DNA from: Moniliella sp. 'wahieum'
Lineage: Eukaryota
Direction: 5' to 3'
Assembly: GCA_003971905.1 (NCBI GenBank)
Contig: RSEE01000052.1
Coordinates: 310,001 to 374,000 of the forward strand
DNA length: 64,000 nt
Of this stretch, positions 61,194 to 64,000 are shown piece by piece. The notes below the pieces were generated by a model. It made no database searches and was not told the DNA's origin. It saw only the letters and a list, made by a program, of their open reading frames with translations. The translations under genes were made by a program, and so were the position numbers. Numbering within the stretch: the stretch's first letter is position 1; every line of letters begins with the position of its first letter.

Positions 61194-64000
61194 GCGCCAA
61201 GGCGTGGAGCAAAGACATGGCCCAGAGGATTGCAACGAACGATATGCCATGCACCTGTGGGACAAGCGGGTCAAGAAAAGAAAACACCTGCCGTGGTCAT
61301 GGTCGGAGGAGAGAGGGTCAACACAGCTACGACTCGGACAGTGGCTAGTGACTAGTGACAGTGATTGAAGCGAGTAGCCAATGGACATGCATTGCGTGGT
61401 GTCGATGAGGATGGATAGGTTTGGTATCAGTCGTCAGTCGTCAGTAGTAGTTGCCAGGACAACAAAGGGAGGTGTACAATCCCGAGATCCGTCAGCCCGA
61501 ACTGCGGCTCTCATCGAAGAGACATGTGGAGATTGGGCCGTGGGCGACGCTTTGCTGATCATCCGCATAATGTGCGTGTGCACCTAGGCTTCTACTTGCC
61601 GGAAAATGGAGCCAGATGAAGATGACTGTCCTGCGTCCCACACTCCTCGGGGCGGAGCCGAAGGGTACCGGCGATTATCCCGTAAATTTTAAAAGGCCGG
61701 ACGATGAGGCGTAGGTTTCAGCGCAACACCTCTGTCGCGACAAGCCTCCGAGGGTCTCTGGCACGTGCCTCCCCAGCGCCTCTCCGCTGACCCAGCTGAT
61801 CAACTCGATCAACTTGATCGATCAACGCGGATCAACGTCAGATGTTTCAACCCCACATTTATCCAATTTATCCACATAGTTCAATTTTTATGGCCCGCCT
61901 GTGTCCTCTATCCTGACTTTCCCCGGGGCCAGCTCTAAGCGGCTTGCTCCTGCACCACGTCACTGCTGTTGGATCTGAATAATACTTGGTCGACAATGGT
62001 GCTTCATCATGCAGACACCACCCACGGAGGTGAGCATAGCGCCTATACGAAGAGCATTACAACAGCAAGAATCCCGCTCAGGCAGCGCCAAAAGCTGTGT
62101 AGAGTAAAAGGCGTTGAGGATGCTATTTCTAAGCAGCCTGTGGCATTGAGAGACCCCTGAGGCTCAGGCCTGAGGATATACTCATAACTCAGGCAACTCT
62201 CCAGTTATATCATTACTCAGTTTCCGTCGTAGTGTTCATAATACCCTTTCCAGAGCTTAAGGATTGATACCTGAACAAAGAAACGCTGCAGTGCCTATAT
62301 CAATCCGAACACTACTTTCCCTTTCTCTGGTCGAAATGCCACATGATATCGATTCCACGTACTCAAAGTTCCAGCTAGATCAGTCGAAACCTCGTTAGGG
62401 AGCTAGGGCTTCTAAAAAATGGGCTGTCACATTTGCTAGACACATCCGATAATAGGGCCCGGTGTCACTTCTTATCGCGTTTGGGACCTGAGAGATCAAT
62501 GGGGCCCCAGGCGGCCGAAAGTAAGTGCTGATCGGATCGTTGTATGCGTCCTACTATAACAGTTCTATCTATGCGGTTGTTCTTCTGCCTAAAAGGTGTC
62601 AGGACTGTGGTGGAACCCGCGGTGAATGGGCGAAACTCATGTTGATATCCGTCGTAGGACCGCAGAGGCTCCCACAGTCACTTGTGAGTCAGCTCATTTT
62701 TTTCCGCTCCTTCATAGTTCATATCTGTTTTTTTCCGGACTCTTCAAGCGCAGATGCCCCTGCTCTTCGTCCTTAATACCGTCGTTCAGTATACTAGTAG
62801 TGTAGGAAGACCGGAACCACTGATTGAAGCTTGAGGAGCTGTGACATGTGAGGGTTCCTCTGGCATGTGGCTTATATTCCCAGGATACGATAATGAATGG
62901 TCGGGGCTTGGCTTTTGAAGCACAAGGGTACTAGTAGTAGTAGTTAGAGAGAGGACTGTCCACATATTGCAGCGTTTCGATGCTAAACACTTTGTTGGAT
63001 GAGTACTGAGTACTGAGTATATAATATGGGATGCATATGTGTGTGATATTATATGCGAAAAAGAGGCAAAAGGAGACGTGTACTATCGAAGAACTCCAGT
63101 TGGCTCAGCCAGAGTATGTGTGTTGACCTATAACGAGCCGTCGGAATTGATGAATTTTAACCAGAGTACTTACTAGTTAGGTCTGGGGGCATCGGCATAC
63201 CTAATATATGGGAGGTCGAAGGATAGGCACACAGGCCACACACAGTGAGTGCACAGGAGAGAAAGGAGGGAGCAGGGGGTGTAGGCATGCTGGCACGATA
63301 CCCGCAGCGGGGAATCCGGTGGAAGCGGAAGGACCCTGATCTTATCGGCTGCCAAGATTGTTTTGGACGACTACGGTGCGGGGTGGTTGGGTTGCATGTT
63401 GAAGGCGAAGAGCGGAGAAGAAGTGAGACGCATGCCAACCATGGCTCCCAGGAGAGAGTGCATGTGTGGGCACGTATATTGTGTGAGACTCATCTCATTA
63501 CCTTGGGTTGATGCGCTGTTGGAGCGACGAGCGATAGGGAGTATCTGGACTCAGACTAGTGTGTGTAGAGGACCGAGCGAAGACTCGGGACGTCTGTAGT
63601 AGGCCCAGTGGCATGTCTCTAGTTCCTGGTCACTGCATGTACCTGCCCCCCCCTGCCGTGTGCACCTGGGCAGTGTCATCGGCACCTGTCACCGGTCACC
63701 GGTCACCTGTCAGCCGTGCCAGCGTGGGGTGGCATGCCGTCTGTGTCACATGTCATGCACCATTGATCATCCATGTTCCACCTGCACACAGGCGCACTGC
63801 GCTAACCCCGCCTTGTGGGTGCGTGTCACATGTCACATGTCATGCATCATGCATCATGAACCACTAGCGTACTGCGGCCTGAGAATTACTCACAGTCTCA
63901 GTACTCGGGACGGAGCTACGACTTGTTACATGTTACAGCTTGCCGCGCCAGACAGACGGGCAAGCAGTATGCGGGGCAGCTGGTGTGTTCCTCTCTGCTT

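Noticed and set aside
1281..63867. Numerous long Arg/Pro/Gly-rich ORFs overlapping or antisense to the called genes
   Set aside because: Expected in GC-rich coding DNA with few off-frame stops; no motifs recognised.

Overview
Gene-dense fungal (basidiomycete-type) nuclear DNA with short GT-AG introns. Many single-base indels break otherwise intact essential genes, which points to an unpolished assembly. Supported genes, in order: mannose-6-phosphate isomerase 3' end, a hypothetical Ser-rich gene, an arrestin-like PPxY protein, a secreted Gly/Ala/Ser/Trp tandem-repeat protein, then a ~10 kb gene-poor zone, a MATH-like/BTB protein, intron-containing tRNA-Val(AAC), RKI1, SPT4, HEM12, PEX3, GDT1, a WW-MyTH4-RhoGAP, a White Collar-1-like LOV/PAS protein, AMD1, an IML2/TTC39 protein, a PI-PLC X-domain enzyme, an HMT1/ABCB6-like ABC half-transporter and an ataxin-3 Josephin deubiquitinase. 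Most notable observations: (1) the WC-1 LOV domain lacks the photoactive cysteine (GKNARFLQ) and has an altered hinge; (2) intergenic DNA carries many different 7-bp-period tandem repeats, mostly an A-NNNN-T palindrome plus one base; (3) a silk-like secreted repeat protein; (4) a long, unidentified single reading frame at 59.8-61.2 kb interrupted mainly by TGA. Gene ends are approximate where frameshifts occur, and all family calls are from motif recognition rather than database searches.
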